From the IMG/VR virus record IMGVR_UViG_3300020576_004942: a stretch of DNA of 48,623 nt; one strand, given 5' to 3'. How positions within the stretch are numbered: position 1 is the stretch's first letter; each line of letters begins with the position of its first letter. A program made the translations under genes and the position numbers. This document shows positions 35,334 through 43,644 of the stretch, in pieces. The notes beneath the pieces are model-generated. The model ran no database searches. It saw only the letters and a list, made by a program, of their open reading frames with translations, and had not been told where the DNA came from. Origin of the DNA: a virus.

Positions 35334-35543
35334 ATGCCCGTGTGTGGACCATCCGACCGTAAAGATGACGCTGATAAGGCGTTCAAGGAAATTGCGAAGC
35401 TATTATGTACAAAATACGGCGTGACCGACTTGACCCAGGAAGAAACTTTTGGGTTTTTTAGAAAGGAATTCAATGACCATCGGCAAAAGCTCCTCACCGA
35501 ACTGCGGGAAGTTTTTCAATGGGATTCCTTTAACTCATTCTGA
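35334..35543 (+). CDS. hypothetical protein (untagged)
   Basis: 69 aa. Confidence 0.4.
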   Translation: MPVCGPSDRKDDADKAFKEIAKLLCTKYGVTDLTQEETFGFFRKEFNDHRQKLLTELREVFQWDSFNSF

Positions 35544-35546
35544 ATT

Positions 35547-35693
35547 ATGAAAATGCTCATAGAATTTTATCTGGATGGTTATGAGACCGAAAAGGAAATG
35601 AAGGCGGCTTGTATTGAATATGTTGAAGAACAATTGAATATGTCCGCATCTTCGATCAAAGTTCTTTGGGTGGAGAAAGTCACGGGGGAATAA
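35547..35693 (+). CDS. possible small acidic protein (48 aa)
   Basis: Read by eye and gap-filling. Confidence 0.3.
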   Translation: MKMLIEFYLDGYETEKEMKAACIEYVEEQLNMSASSIKVLWVEKVTGE

Positions 35694-35694
35694 T

Positions 35695-35952
35695 ATGAAG
35701 TATCGTACAGGCTTTGTCAGCAATAGCAGTTCATCCAGTTTTATCTGTAAGGCAAAGGATTTAACCGATGAACAAATACTTAAACTTCTGAATTATCAGA
35801 ATAGTGAAGATAACACGGACGGTTGGAGTGTTTATCACAATGCGGTAACCGGCGAAGTTCATGGCTTTACCTCAATGGATAATTGCGCAATTAGTGAATG
35901 GGGCCGTCAGGAAATGGAAATCTATTCCAAACTAACCTTTGAGGATTATTGA
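35695..35952 (+). CDS. N-terminal-tag family protein 2 (MKYRTGFVSNSSSSSF...)
   Basis: GGGGGAA SD. The tag is followed by a unique 69-aa C-terminal region. Confidence 0.5.
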   Translation: MKYRTGFVSNSSSSSFICKAKDLTDEQILKLLNYQNSEDNTDGWSVYHNAVTGEVHGFTSMDNCAISEWGRQEMEIYSKLTFEDY

Positions 35953-35953
35953 T

Positions 35954-36418
35954 ATGATTAATAAATGGATATTCGTGATTGACACCGATGCGTATGCGGG
36001 TAATTTTGAGCGTGACTTATGCGCATATATCACCGGCGTTATTGGGGAGTGTGAGGTGGGGGATGAATTTGCGGCGCTCTATCGAAAAGAAACCGGCGAC
36101 GGCGACGGCGTATGGGATGGTCAGTTTGTTGATTACGTTGAACAACGTGAAGAATATGGTTGCGCAAGGCCCTGTAGTTGTTGGCCTAGCCCCAAACAAA
36201 AAGGCGCCGAGCATAACAATTCCGTGGCGATTTTCTTTAACAAAAAACCAACTTCCAAACTGATCGCCTTGATGAAAGAGCGTGCCGGTAAATTTGCCGA
36301 AGCAAAACGGAAGATTGCGGAGGAAGAAGATTTGTCTTGGGATAAAAATTTTAAGTTGACCATTCACGGCTTTCGCTTGGTCCAAGAAAAAACCACAACC
36401 GAAGAGGAAAATGTATGA
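35954..36418 (+). CDS. hypothetical protein (untagged)
   Basis: ATG at 35954 (MINKWIFVIDTDAY). Confidence 0.4.
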   Translation: MINKWIFVIDTDAYAGNFERDLCAYITGVIGECEVGDEFAALYRKETGDGDGVWDGQFVDYVEQREEYGCARPCSCWPSPKQKGAEHNNSVAIFFNKKPTSKLIALMKERAGKFAEAKRKIAEEEDLSWDKNFKLTIHGFRLVQEKTTTEEENV

Positions 36419-36726
36419 AAATAAGAAGCGGGTTCGTATCAAATAGTTCAAGTTCCAGTTTTTGTATTATGGGTGTCGTGTCCGACAATGAGACCATTGA
36501 TAAATTGGAAAGTAAATGGGAAGAAATGAATAAGTTGGGGCTAACGACCCAGAGCGGAATTTCCGAATATTATGAAGAAGTATTGCTCGGCGCCTCTGTT
36601 AGCAGACTGCGGGAGGATGAAACTCCGGCCCAGTTTAAACAGCGCATCGTCGCGGGTTTTAAAACCCTGGACGTGGAAATTAAAGTGGAAGACCTCAGCT
36701 GGTGTGTTGACGGCGGCCACGATTGA
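36415..36726 (+). CDS. N-terminal-tag family protein 3 (MKIRSGFVSNSSSSSF...)
   Basis: GAGGAAA SD plus the tag. Confidence 0.5.
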   Translation: MKIRSGFVSNSSSSSFCIMGVVSDNETIDKLESKWEEMNKLGLTTQSGISEYYEEVLLGASVSRLREDETPAQFKQRIVAGFKTLDVEIKVEDLSWCVDGGHD

Positions 36727-36737
36727 CGGTTAAACTT

Positions 36738-37334
36738 ATGAAAATTAGAACAGGCTTTGTCAGTAATTCCAGCAGCAGTTCCTTCGTGGTCCAACGCCGG
36801 GAGTTTAGTTTTGCCAAGATGGGGGAGGTAGTTTTACTTACACCCGAACAAGAAAATAAACTGGCGGAGTTTGGCTTTAAACGGGGCTATGTTTTTAGCC
36901 CATATGAAGTTCCGGCTAATAAAAAAGCTTGTTTGGCTATGGAAAAGGAATTCCAGAAACGGTCTATCCGTAAATTGACGGCGAAGGATTATGCGAATGG
37001 GAAGAAATTTGGACGCACCCGCAAGGAAGTTGAAGCGGATGCTAAAAATGGCCGCGAGCATTACGCGTGGGTATATGATGTAACCTGTAATCAAGACGAT
37101 ATTATCCAATTCCTATTGGAAAACGAAATTCCTTTTCACGCTAATGTCCATTACGACCACGAAACCTACATCTATATGGCCAAGGCGGACATCTTGGTTA
37201 TTGCGCAGAACTACGGCAATAAGTTTATGATGTATGATAGTATGATTCGGGAAGGGAAAGTGCCGGATGATGAATTGGGTAAGCCGGTTAAATTCGTTAA
37301 AGCGTCAGAGTATTTAAAGACCTTATCATTATGA
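36738..37334 (+). CDS. N-terminal-tag family protein 4 (MKIRTGFVSNSSSSSF...)
   Basis: ATG at 36738 within track ORF 36723..37334. Confidence 0.5.
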   Translation: MKIRTGFVSNSSSSSFVVQRREFSFAKMGEVVLLTPEQENKLAEFGFKRGYVFSPYEVPANKKACLAMEKEFQKRSIRKLTAKDYANGKKFGRTRKEVEADAKNGREHYAWVYDVTCNQDDIIQFLLENEIPFHANVHYDHETYIYMAKADILVIAQNYGNKFMMYDSMIREGKVPDDELGKPVKFVKASEYLKTLSL

Positions 37335-37648
37335 AAATTAGAACAGGATTCGTAAGTAATAGTTCCAGCAGTTCCTTCGTCATCGTCGCATCGCAGAAAG
37401 CCATCGATAGTGCGATGGCTACCCTTGACGATCAGGGTCAAGAACTGATTAAACACTATGTCGTGCGCCGAGCCAAAAAGACCAAGATCAATGGCGGGGA
37501 AGTTTTAATTGCGCATGGAGAAATTCAATCGGAGGAATTTGGTTATGACATCTATACGGATGACGATGACTACGAAAAGCCTCAGGAGGATTGGAATAAA
37601 TTTGTGGCAGAGGTTGGTAAGAACGGCGGCTTTACAGATGAATCATAA
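37331..37648 (+). CDS. N-terminal-tag family protein 5 (MKIRTGFVSNSSSSSF...)
   Basis: 105 aa. Confidence 0.5.
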   Translation: MKIRTGFVSNSSSSSFVIVASQKAIDSAMATLDDQGQELIKHYVVRRAKKTKINGGEVLIAHGEIQSEEFGYDIYTDDDDYEKPQEDWNKFVAEVGKNGGFTDES

Positions 37649-37650
37649 TT

Positions 37651-37845
37651 ATGAATAATAAAATTGAGTGGTGGGGCTACTTACACAGCAACGGGACAAT
37701 TCAAACCAAACGTTGGTTCGGTGATGTCCGGGATTATACAGAGGATTGTGAAAATAATCCATTTGTTATCTGTGTATGTCCGCCGTTCCAAGCAGAATCC
37801 CAGGAAGAAGCAACAAAAATTATTACGGAACGTTTACTAAAATGA
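37651..37845 (+). CDS. hypothetical protein (untagged)
   Basis: 64 aa. Confidence 0.35.
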   Translation: MNNKIEWWGYLHSNGTIQTKRWFGDVRDYTEDCENNPFVICVCPPFQAESQEEATKIITERLLK

Positions 37846-38423
37846 AAATTCGCACAGGATTCGTCAGCAACTCCAGCAGTAGCTCCTTCATTGTGAAACA
37901 GGGTGGTCCATTTGACTGCCCCATTGAAGTTGCGCATCATATGCTTATGGAGCGTGGTTGGCCTAATGACCGTGAGGTACTAGAAAACCTCATTCAGTTC
38001 ACGATTAGTGGTAAAATTAATGCCACGACCAATCTTCATTTTCGTTCAACCAATTACGATACCTTTATCTATCACAAGAAAGATGGACTGGGAATTTATA
38101 CCTCCAATAACATCACCTGGAAATTTCCACCCGGCGTAGATTTTGATCCGGAAGACGAAGGTTATTCTCAGAGCGAACACATAACTTTCACCAGCCTAGA
38201 ATCAGGCATAATTGGTCAACGCTTGTCGAATGAGACCGCCGATGACATCCTTGTCCAAACCGGAATAAATGTTGGTTCGGTGACTTATTGTAAAAAATGT
38301 TATACGAATGCTTGGTTGGAATATAAAGGCGCCGATTCACTTGTTACCTGCCCCATCTGCGAACATAGTTCATTTATCCGCCGTTACTCAGGACGCGGCA
38401 AGGATAAATGGGAAGTGCTTTAA
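37845..38423 (+). CDS. N-terminal-tag family protein 6 (MKIRTGFVSNSSSSSF...) with C-terminal zinc ribbon
   Basis: ATG at 37845 within track ORF 37776..38423. C-terminal CKKC...CPIC. Confidence 0.5.
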   Translation, partial: KIRTGFVSNSSSSSFIVKQGGPFDCPIEVAHHMLMERGWPNDREVLENLIQFTISGKINATTNLHFRSTNYDTFIYHKKDGLGIYTSNNITWKFPPGVDFDPEDEGYSQSEHITFTSLESGIIGQRLSNETADDILVQTGINVGSVTYCKKCYTNAWLEYKGADSLVTCPICEHSSFIRRYSGRGKDKWEVL

Positions 38424-38432
38424 CTTTCCTCT

Positions 38433-38459
38433 TGACATTTTATACAAGTGTGAGATAAT
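38433..38459 (+). promoter_or_regulatory. sigma70-like promoter (TTGACATTTTATACAAGT core)
   Basis: TTGACA (38433-38), 15-16 nt, GATAAT (38454-59). ATG at 38471. Confidence 0.5.
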
Positions 38460-38470
38460 GTCCGTAGATT

Positions 38471-38764
38471 ATGGAATACACCGTTAAAGTAATTACCGTG
38501 GATGAATTTAAAGCCTTGGTAGTAAAATACCTGCTCCACGACTGGCGAGATTACGAAAAACAAGACATCATTGAAACCTTGTTAAGTGACGGTTTTATGA
38601 AATTTGATGTCGAAAATCTTGGGAAATTTATGGAGTCTATGAAATGTAAAGTGTGGATGGCTCCGGTGGCCGTGGACGTTGGTGACTCAATGTTTTACTG
38701 GTTGGCCTCTGGTTCCAGTGCGATTCTTGTAAATAAAAAAGTAGTTGAACCGAAATTTGATTAA
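38471..38764 (+). CDS. hypothetical protein
   Basis: 97 aa. Confidence 0.45.
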   Translation: MEYTVKVITVDEFKALVVKYLLHDWRDYEKQDIIETLLSDGFMKFDVENLGKFMESMKCKVWMAPVAVDVGDSMFYWLASGSSAILVNKKVVEPKFD

Positions 38765-38765
38765 T

Positions 38766-38900
38766 ATGGGAGAATTAATATTTAAACCATTTTGTTTAGT
38801 CGTTGCGGCGGTTACGCTCGGCTCTGCCACCAATTGGAAATTCGGTTTTTGTCTATTTTTTATGGGATTATTCAGTTTGGATGGAAAACTTTTGCGGTAA
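38766..38900 (+). CDS. possible 44-aa membrane peptide
   Basis: Read by eye, with a hydrophobic core. Confidence 0.3.
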   Translation: MGELIFKPFCLVVAAVTLGSATNWKFGFCLFFMGLFSLDGKLLR

Positions 38901-38919
38901 CGGATTAACAAAATAACTA

Positions 38920-39993
38920 ATGAACAATAAAGCAAAATTAATGGTCAACGACCGCTTCAAAATCTTCCGGAGTGAAGATTACAATTATAATTTCGACTTG
39001 CTTTCCGGGACATTCATGCGTTGGGGGCGGACGCAGGAAGATGACCCGACGTGGAGTCCATTTGGTCCGGAAATTGCCGATATTGAAATTTCATCGGGGG
39101 CTGGATGCCCTATGTCATGTAATATGTGTTATAAGGGAAACCAAAAAGGAAATTCAGCGGAGAATATGTCTCTTGAAAATTTCAAATTCATTTTTGAAAA
39201 ATTTCCTAAATATGACGGAAATTTCTTTCTCTGTCAGGTCGCATTGGGGATAACAAGCATCGCTTCAATGCCTGACTTTTTCCCGATCTGCGAATATCTC
39301 CGGAGTAATAAAGTTATACCAAACGTTACCATTAACGGCGCCGATCCGATAACCGATGGTGAGTTGAAAAAATTAATATCGTTGATGGGCGCTATGGCAA
39401 TATCACTCAACAAGACCAATTTTGAGGCAGGATTAAACCTCATCCACAGATTCATTTCAGGTGGAGCAAAACAGATAAATGTACATTACGTTGTAAGTAG
39501 ACAAAGCGAAAAGTTTGCTTATACTCTTTGTGACGCATTCCAAAATGACGAACGTTTAAAAGGATTGAACGCGATTGTATTTTTGAGTTTGAAACCCAAG
39601 GAACGTGGGCAATTTTTGGATATTCTTCCAGAAGATGATTTTAAAAAACTAATTCGGCATTGCCTATCTAATGGCATTAGGTTTGGTGCGGACTCGTGTA
39701 GCGCTCATAAAGTTATCGGTAGTTTTGATTCCAATCAACATAAAATGTATGACCATTTGATAGAACCATGCGAAGCTTCGAAATTTAGTTTCTATTTTAA
39801 CAATGAGGGTAAACACTATCCCTGTTCGTTTTTGGAGGGGGAAAATAGAGACATCTGGAAAGATGGAATAGACCTGACCAAAATAACCGATTTCGTAAAA
39901 GAGGTGTGGAATAATACGTCGGTGGCAAAATTTCGTGATGATGTGACGACCAGCAATAAAAATGGCAATAATTGTTGTCATTATAAGATCTAA
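38920..39993 (+). CDS. radical SAM enzyme (CxxxCxxC) with C-terminal Cys-rich auxiliary region
   Basis: GCPMSCNMCY is the C-x3-C-x2-C motif. Further cysteines occur at CSAH, CEAS, CSF and NCCHYKI. Confidence 0.6.
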   Translation: MNNKAKLMVNDRFKIFRSEDYNYNFDLLSGTFMRWGRTQEDDPTWSPFGPEIADIEISSGAGCPMSCNMCYKGNQKGNSAENMSLENFKFIFEKFPKYDGNFFLCQVALGITSIASMPDFFPICEYLRSNKVIPNVTINGADPITDGELKKLISLMGAMAISLNKTNFEAGLNLIHRFISGGAKQINVHYVVSRQSEKFAYTLCDAFQNDERLKGLNAIVFLSLKPKERGQFLDILPEDDFKKLIRHCLSNGIRFGADSCSAHKVIGSFDSNQHKMYDHLIEPCEASKFSFYFNNEGKHYPCSFLEGENRDIWKDGIDLTKITDFVKEVWNNTSVAKFRDDVTTSNKNGNNCCHYKI

Positions 39994-40007
39994 TATATGT
40001 AGAAAAC

Positions 40008-40036
40008 ACTCCAGTCGATATATTTATTACTGGAGG
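40008..40036 (+). promoter_or_regulatory. hairpin sequestering the Shine-Dalgarno of the homing endonuclease gene
   Basis: ACTCCAGT (40008-15) pairs with ACTGGAG (40029-35), with GGAGG at 40032-36, 5 nt before the ATG at 40041. Confidence 0.4.
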
Positions 40037-40040
40037 TATT

Positions 40041-40793
40041 ATGATTATTTACAAAGCAACTAACAAAACAAACGGAAAAATTTATATTGGAAAAACAATT
40101 AATTTGGAGAAAAGAAAAAAGGGGCATTTACGGGACTCTAAACGACCACGAACAAGATTTCATGCGGCCATAAAATGCTATGGGATAGACGGGTTTATAT
40201 GGGACATAATAAAAGAATGTGTTCCCGAACAATCCGATATAGAAGAAAGAAATTTCATTTCCTTGTATAATTCAATGGATGAGAGTGTGGGATATAATCA
40301 AACCGAAGGTGGCGGCGGAGGAAACACCTGGGAAGGAAACACTCACAAGGAAGAAACAAGCCGAAGATTAAGCAATTCTATTGGAAATTCGATATTACAT
40401 AAAAAAGCGCACCAATCTCCTGAATATATAAAATTGATAACTAGAATTAATAGAAAAAAAGCAAAAGATTCCACAATCTGTAAAAAGATAAGTGATGCTT
40501 TAAAAGGAAAATTGTTTTCGGAATCTCATAAAAAAAATTTGTCAATAGGATCGATGGGGAAAATTCTAACCGAAGAACATAGAAAAAATATTGGCGAGGC
40601 AACAAGAATTAGAATGTCTGTGAAAGAAAATAGAAAACGAATAAGCGACTCTTTAAAAGGTCGTGTGAGCCCAATGAAGGGGAGAAAAATGTCAAAAGAA
40701 TCTCGCCAAAAAATGAGCGATTCTCACAATAAACGAAATCAAATGAAACGTGAGTGTCCATTGTATCCGGAAATTCGGGTGGAAAATACATGA
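40041..40793 (+). CDS. GIY-YIG homing endonuclease (Seg-like, with NUMOD3 repeats)
   Basis: IIYKATNKTNGKIYIGKTINLEKRKKGH, plus repeated H-x-K-N-IS-x-x-LKG motifs. Confidence 0.75.
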   Translation: MIIYKATNKTNGKIYIGKTINLEKRKKGHLRDSKRPRTRFHAAIKCYGIDGFIWDIIKECVPEQSDIEERNFISLYNSMDESVGYNQTEGGGGGNTWEGNTHKEETSRRLSNSIGNSILHKKAHQSPEYIKLITRINRKKAKDSTICKKISDALKGKLFSESHKKNLSIGSMGKILTEEHRKNIGEATRIRMSVKENRKRISDSLKGRVSPMKGRKMSKESRQKMSDSHNKRNQMKRECPLYPEIRVENT

Positions 40794-41041
40794 AAACTCC
40801 CATTCAATTGTATTTTATCCCGTGGGCAGTATATGACAATTACAAAGAAATGTTTCAGGCCGGTAATCGGGACGGTTTGACCCCCACACGTTTAACGTTT
40901 TGGGCGCATTACATTGTCGCGGGGGATGACCGGATTCTTAAAAAGATTAGAACGGATGAATTTGCTCATGGTCAAGCCTTGACAAAAAGTGAATTGGCAA
41001 TGCTCATTCGTTACTTTGATGGGTTAGTTATGGTAAAATGA
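40790..41041 (+). CDS. hypothetical protein
   Basis: ATG at 40790 overlaps the HEG stop. Confidence 0.4.
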   Translation: MKTPIQLYFIPWAVYDNYKEMFQAGNRDGLTPTRLTFWAHYIVAGDDRILKKIRTDEFAHGQALTKSELAMLIRYFDGLVMVK

Positions 41042-41042
41042 T

Positions 41043-41414
41043 ATGAAAACCGCATTTATTAGTGGACATTTAGATTTGACGGAAGACGAATTTAGAGAGC
41101 ACTATATAACAAAAATTAGTCTGGCCCTAGTCTCTTATCATAAATTTGTTATCGGAGACGCCCGCGGCGCAGACCTGATGGCTCAGATGTATTTGAATAA
41201 CATCCTGTGTTATGCGGGTGATATGACGATATATCATATGTTTGAAAAACCCCGAAATAACATTGGGGATTTTCCGACTCAGGGCGGTTTTAAATCCGAT
41301 GAAGAACGGGACGCAGCGATGACTGCCGCAAGTGATTATGACATCGCCTGGATAAGGCCGGGCAGAGAAAAGTCCGGCACTGCCAAAAACCTTGAAAGGC
41401 GTAAGCTTACTTAA
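41043..41414 (+). CDS. hypothetical protein, possible SLOG/LOG-like Rossmann domain (VIGDARGAD motif)
   Basis: 123 aa. The family assignment is weak. Confidence 0.35.
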   Translation: MKTAFISGHLDLTEDEFREHYITKISLALVSYHKFVIGDARGADLMAQMYLNNILCYAGDMTIYHMFEKPRNNIGDFPTQGGFKSDEERDAAMTAASDYDIAWIRPGREKSGTAKNLERRKLT

Positions 41415-41423
41415 AATTTTGAT

Positions 41424-41612
41424 ATGAAACGTATTGGTCACTTCTTGAAAAAGTGGTTGTATTGTTCGTGGGTCCATCGGCGGGAGGTTTGTTACCCGAC
41501 CGTATGGGGCCAGGAAACTGCGAAGCAAATGGGCATCCCCTATCGTCCGCACGCATGGCATTGTTCAAAATGTCATCCGTGTAATGAGGGCTTCGACGAA
41601 TTATGGAAATAA
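41424..41612 (+). CDS. small Cys-rich protein
   Basis: 62 aa. Confidence 0.35.
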   Translation: MKRIGHFLKKWLYCSWVHRREVCYPTVWGQETAKQMGIPYRPHAWHCSKCHPCNEGFDELWK

Positions 41613-41854
41613 TTGAAACAATAAAAACCACGGTTGATACCGATCTACTTCGTAAGATTCTGAAAAAACATGCGGCGGCAAAGGAAATGCCGAAGTTTAA
41701 TCGGTGGTTAAAACGCCTTGAGGAAGATGGGACTTTATTTCTCCGTAAGCGTTGTCGTATGACAATCGACGATTACCAATCTGTTCAATTTTCACGCTTT
41801 GAAACCTTTGTAAATATGGCGACCACAAAAAAACACCTTACTTGTAAAATATGA
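41603..41854 (+). CDS. hypothetical protein
   Basis: 83 aa. Confidence 0.4.
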   Translation: MEIIETIKTTVDTDLLRKILKKHAAAKEMPKFNRWLKRLEEDGTLFLRKRCRMTIDDYQSVQFSRFETFVNMATTKKHLTCKI

Positions 41855-42198
41855 GAACTCCACTCAATATTATCAGTTATCGGTTAATGACTTTTAGTCT
41901 GACGCTGTTGCTATTAGCCGCCATCTATCATTTAGCCATTTGTCCCATCGATCAACCAAAACCATTGGTATTATTTCCTACGATTACCCTTCAGACCAAT
42001 CTCAATTACGCCGTGGGGCAGCCTCAGGTTGGGGATCAGGTCTTAATTATGAAAAAATATGTGGGGGTTGTGACGGCGACCAATGAACTGAATTACCATT
42101 GTAGTGTTTTGTATTTGAATGTGAAAGCAGGCCGTGGAACTCCGGTGTTGGGCCGGTTCCCTTATACGGTCTTACAGAGAATTCAAATCAACGACTGA
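41851..42198 (+). CDS. signal-anchored/secreted hypothetical protein
   Basis: N-terminal hydrophobic FSLTLLLLAAIYHLAIC. Confidence 0.4.
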   Translation: MRTPLNIISYRLMTFSLTLLLLAAIYHLAICPIDQPKPLVLFPTITLQTNLNYAVGQPQVGDQVLIMKKYVGVVTATNELNYHCSVLYLNVKAGRGTPVLGRFPYTVLQRIQIND

Positions 42199-42628
42199 CC
42201 CGCACGGTTTGCCCCTCCACAAAAACCACAAGCCGATCATTCTTGTAGCGCCAGGTAACAAAATCCTCAGTGACAAAAATCGCTACGGGTGGGCCCTGAT
42301 TAAGCCAAACATCTTTATAATCCATGCCCTCTTGCGCCGGGCCGGCCGTGACATTGTATTCCGTCAACACACTGGGAAAAGGTATGTCCAATACTTTACA
42401 AAATTCACGGTAGGAGTTAATGGATTTATCCTTGCCCACCACGATAACTGGTTGCGCCGTGGTTTGTTCCAGACTGCGGATGACCCGGGCCTGTTCCTTG
42501 GGCGTTAAGACGCCGTGGTAATTCAATGCGGCGGTTGAACTTGGTGTTTTATCCAAAAACAATGTGCCCCTGTGGGGTGCGCACGCAGTTAAACTCAAGG
42601 TGATAATTAAAAGAATAGTGTGTCTCAT
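42188..42628 (-). CDS. lipoprotein (lipobox LSLTAC)
   Basis: Minus-strand 146 aa. It is the last gene of a GC-richer 4-gene minus-strand operon. Confidence 0.5.
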   Translation of the reverse strand: MRHTILLIITLSLTACAPHRGTLFLDKTPSSTAALNYHGVLTPKEQARVIRSLEQTTAQPVIVVGKDKSINSYREFCKVLDIPFPSVLTEYNVTAGPAQEGMDYKDVWLNQGPPVAIFVTEDFVTWRYKNDRLVVFVEGQTVRVSR

Positions 42629-42846
42629 AACCCATAAGTATCGGACTCCCCATAGGTTAATTCATACAATGACTTGGTATTCTTCAGAAGTTTGTCCGCT
42701 TGATCTAGAGTAACCGTGAAATAAGCACAGGTGGGGCAGACGGTGACTTCGTTCAGCACCATCAGCGTTTTGCCCCGATACAATTGTTCCACCAACCGTT
42801 TCTCCGTTTTAAACCCCTCCGTCCGGTCACAACGTAAGCAGATCAT
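42625..42846 (-). CDS. YgiT-type (MqsA N-terminal-like) zinc-finger protein
   Basis: MICLRCDRTEG...VLNEVTVCPTCAYFTV. Confidence 0.45.
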   Translation of the reverse strand: MICLRCDRTEGFKTEKRLVEQLYRGKTLMVLNEVTVCPTCAYFTVTLDQADKLLKNTKSLYELTYGESDTYGL

Positions 42847-43049
42847 AGGTCGTTTTCTTTTATTAAAAGGGCCAGAGCCCGGACTTCCACGCCGAGCCGG
42901 CCCTGTAATTCCTTCAAATTATTAAGAGCCTGTTCCCGCGCTTTAAGATCCCGGGCTAAGTGAAATTCACGGATGGTTTTATGACATTCCGTCTCCAACC
43001 AGTCCGCCATCTGTTGATGACCCGTTAATATTTCTTCATTATTCATCAT
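42843..43049 (-). CDS. hypothetical protein
   Basis: 68 aa, with 4-nt overlaps to its neighbours. Confidence 0.4.
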   Translation of the reverse strand: MMNNEEILTGHQQMADWLETECHKTIREFHLARDLKAREQALNNLKELQGRLGVEVRALALLIKENDL

Positions 43050-43531
43050 ACTTCAATTAACACCCGGCTCCATTTTGGCCCATGCGCCACAAGCCGATTA
43101 AATTTGACGCCCACTATTTGTTTGTTCCGTTTGGTCCGGCTTGATATTCCTTCCAAGGAAAGCCACATTGGAGAGCCAACTAACATCTTTTGTTTTAAAC
43201 GTTTCTCTGTCCGTAAATGGGCCTGAATTAAAACCGTCGCATATTCTTGGATAGGAGTTTTACCTTTGACATAAGAACTACTTGGCCGCCAGTCGGGTAT
43301 TCTCACGGTCATAGAAAAGATGGTCGTGCCATAGCCATGTCCAAAACCGCCAGTTCCATATTCCGGTAGAAGAAAAAAAGGTTCGGTTGAACGTGCTTGA
43401 TGTACACATCTCAACCAAAAATTATCCGACGCAGCTTGAATTGTATTAGCCACGCCATCAAAATTTTCGGTTAGCAGCCATTCCGGTGGAATAGCCACGT
43501 CCATTTTCCACATTACTAGTTCCATCCGCAT
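43046..43531 (-). CDS. hypothetical protein
   Basis: 161 aa. It is the first gene of the minus-strand operon. Confidence 0.45.
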   Translation of the reverse strand: MRMELVMWKMDVAIPPEWLLTENFDGVANTIQAASDNFWLRCVHQARSTEPFFLLPEYGTGGFGHGYGTTIFSMTVRIPDWRPSSSYVKGKTPIQEYATVLIQAHLRTEKRLKQKMLVGSPMWLSLEGISSRTKRNKQIVGVKFNRLVAHGPKWSRVLIEV

Positions 43532-43555
43532 AGGCTATATTATCTACCCCTTACC

Positions 43556-43614
43556 GTCAATTTATTATAGCCTACCCCGTGGGGAGGGGTACTGCCGCGC
43601 TATAATAAGTTGAC
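43556..43614. promoter_or_regulatory. 59-bp nested palindrome in divergent intergenic region (bidirectional regulatory element)
   Basis: GTCAATTTATTATAGC (43556-71) and GCTATAATAAGTTGAC (43599-614) form a 16-bp inverted repeat with one mismatch. The inner hairpin is TACCCC..GGGGTA (43573-91). The right arm supplies the TTGAC -35 of the promoter for 43645. Confidence 0.45.
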
Positions 43615-43637
43615 TCTCCACCCACCCGTGGTACATT
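43610..43637 (+). promoter_or_regulatory. sigma70-like promoter
   Basis: TTGACT (43610-15), 16 nt, TACATT (43632-37). ATG at 43645. Confidence 0.4.
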
Positions 43638-43644
43638 ATCTTAT

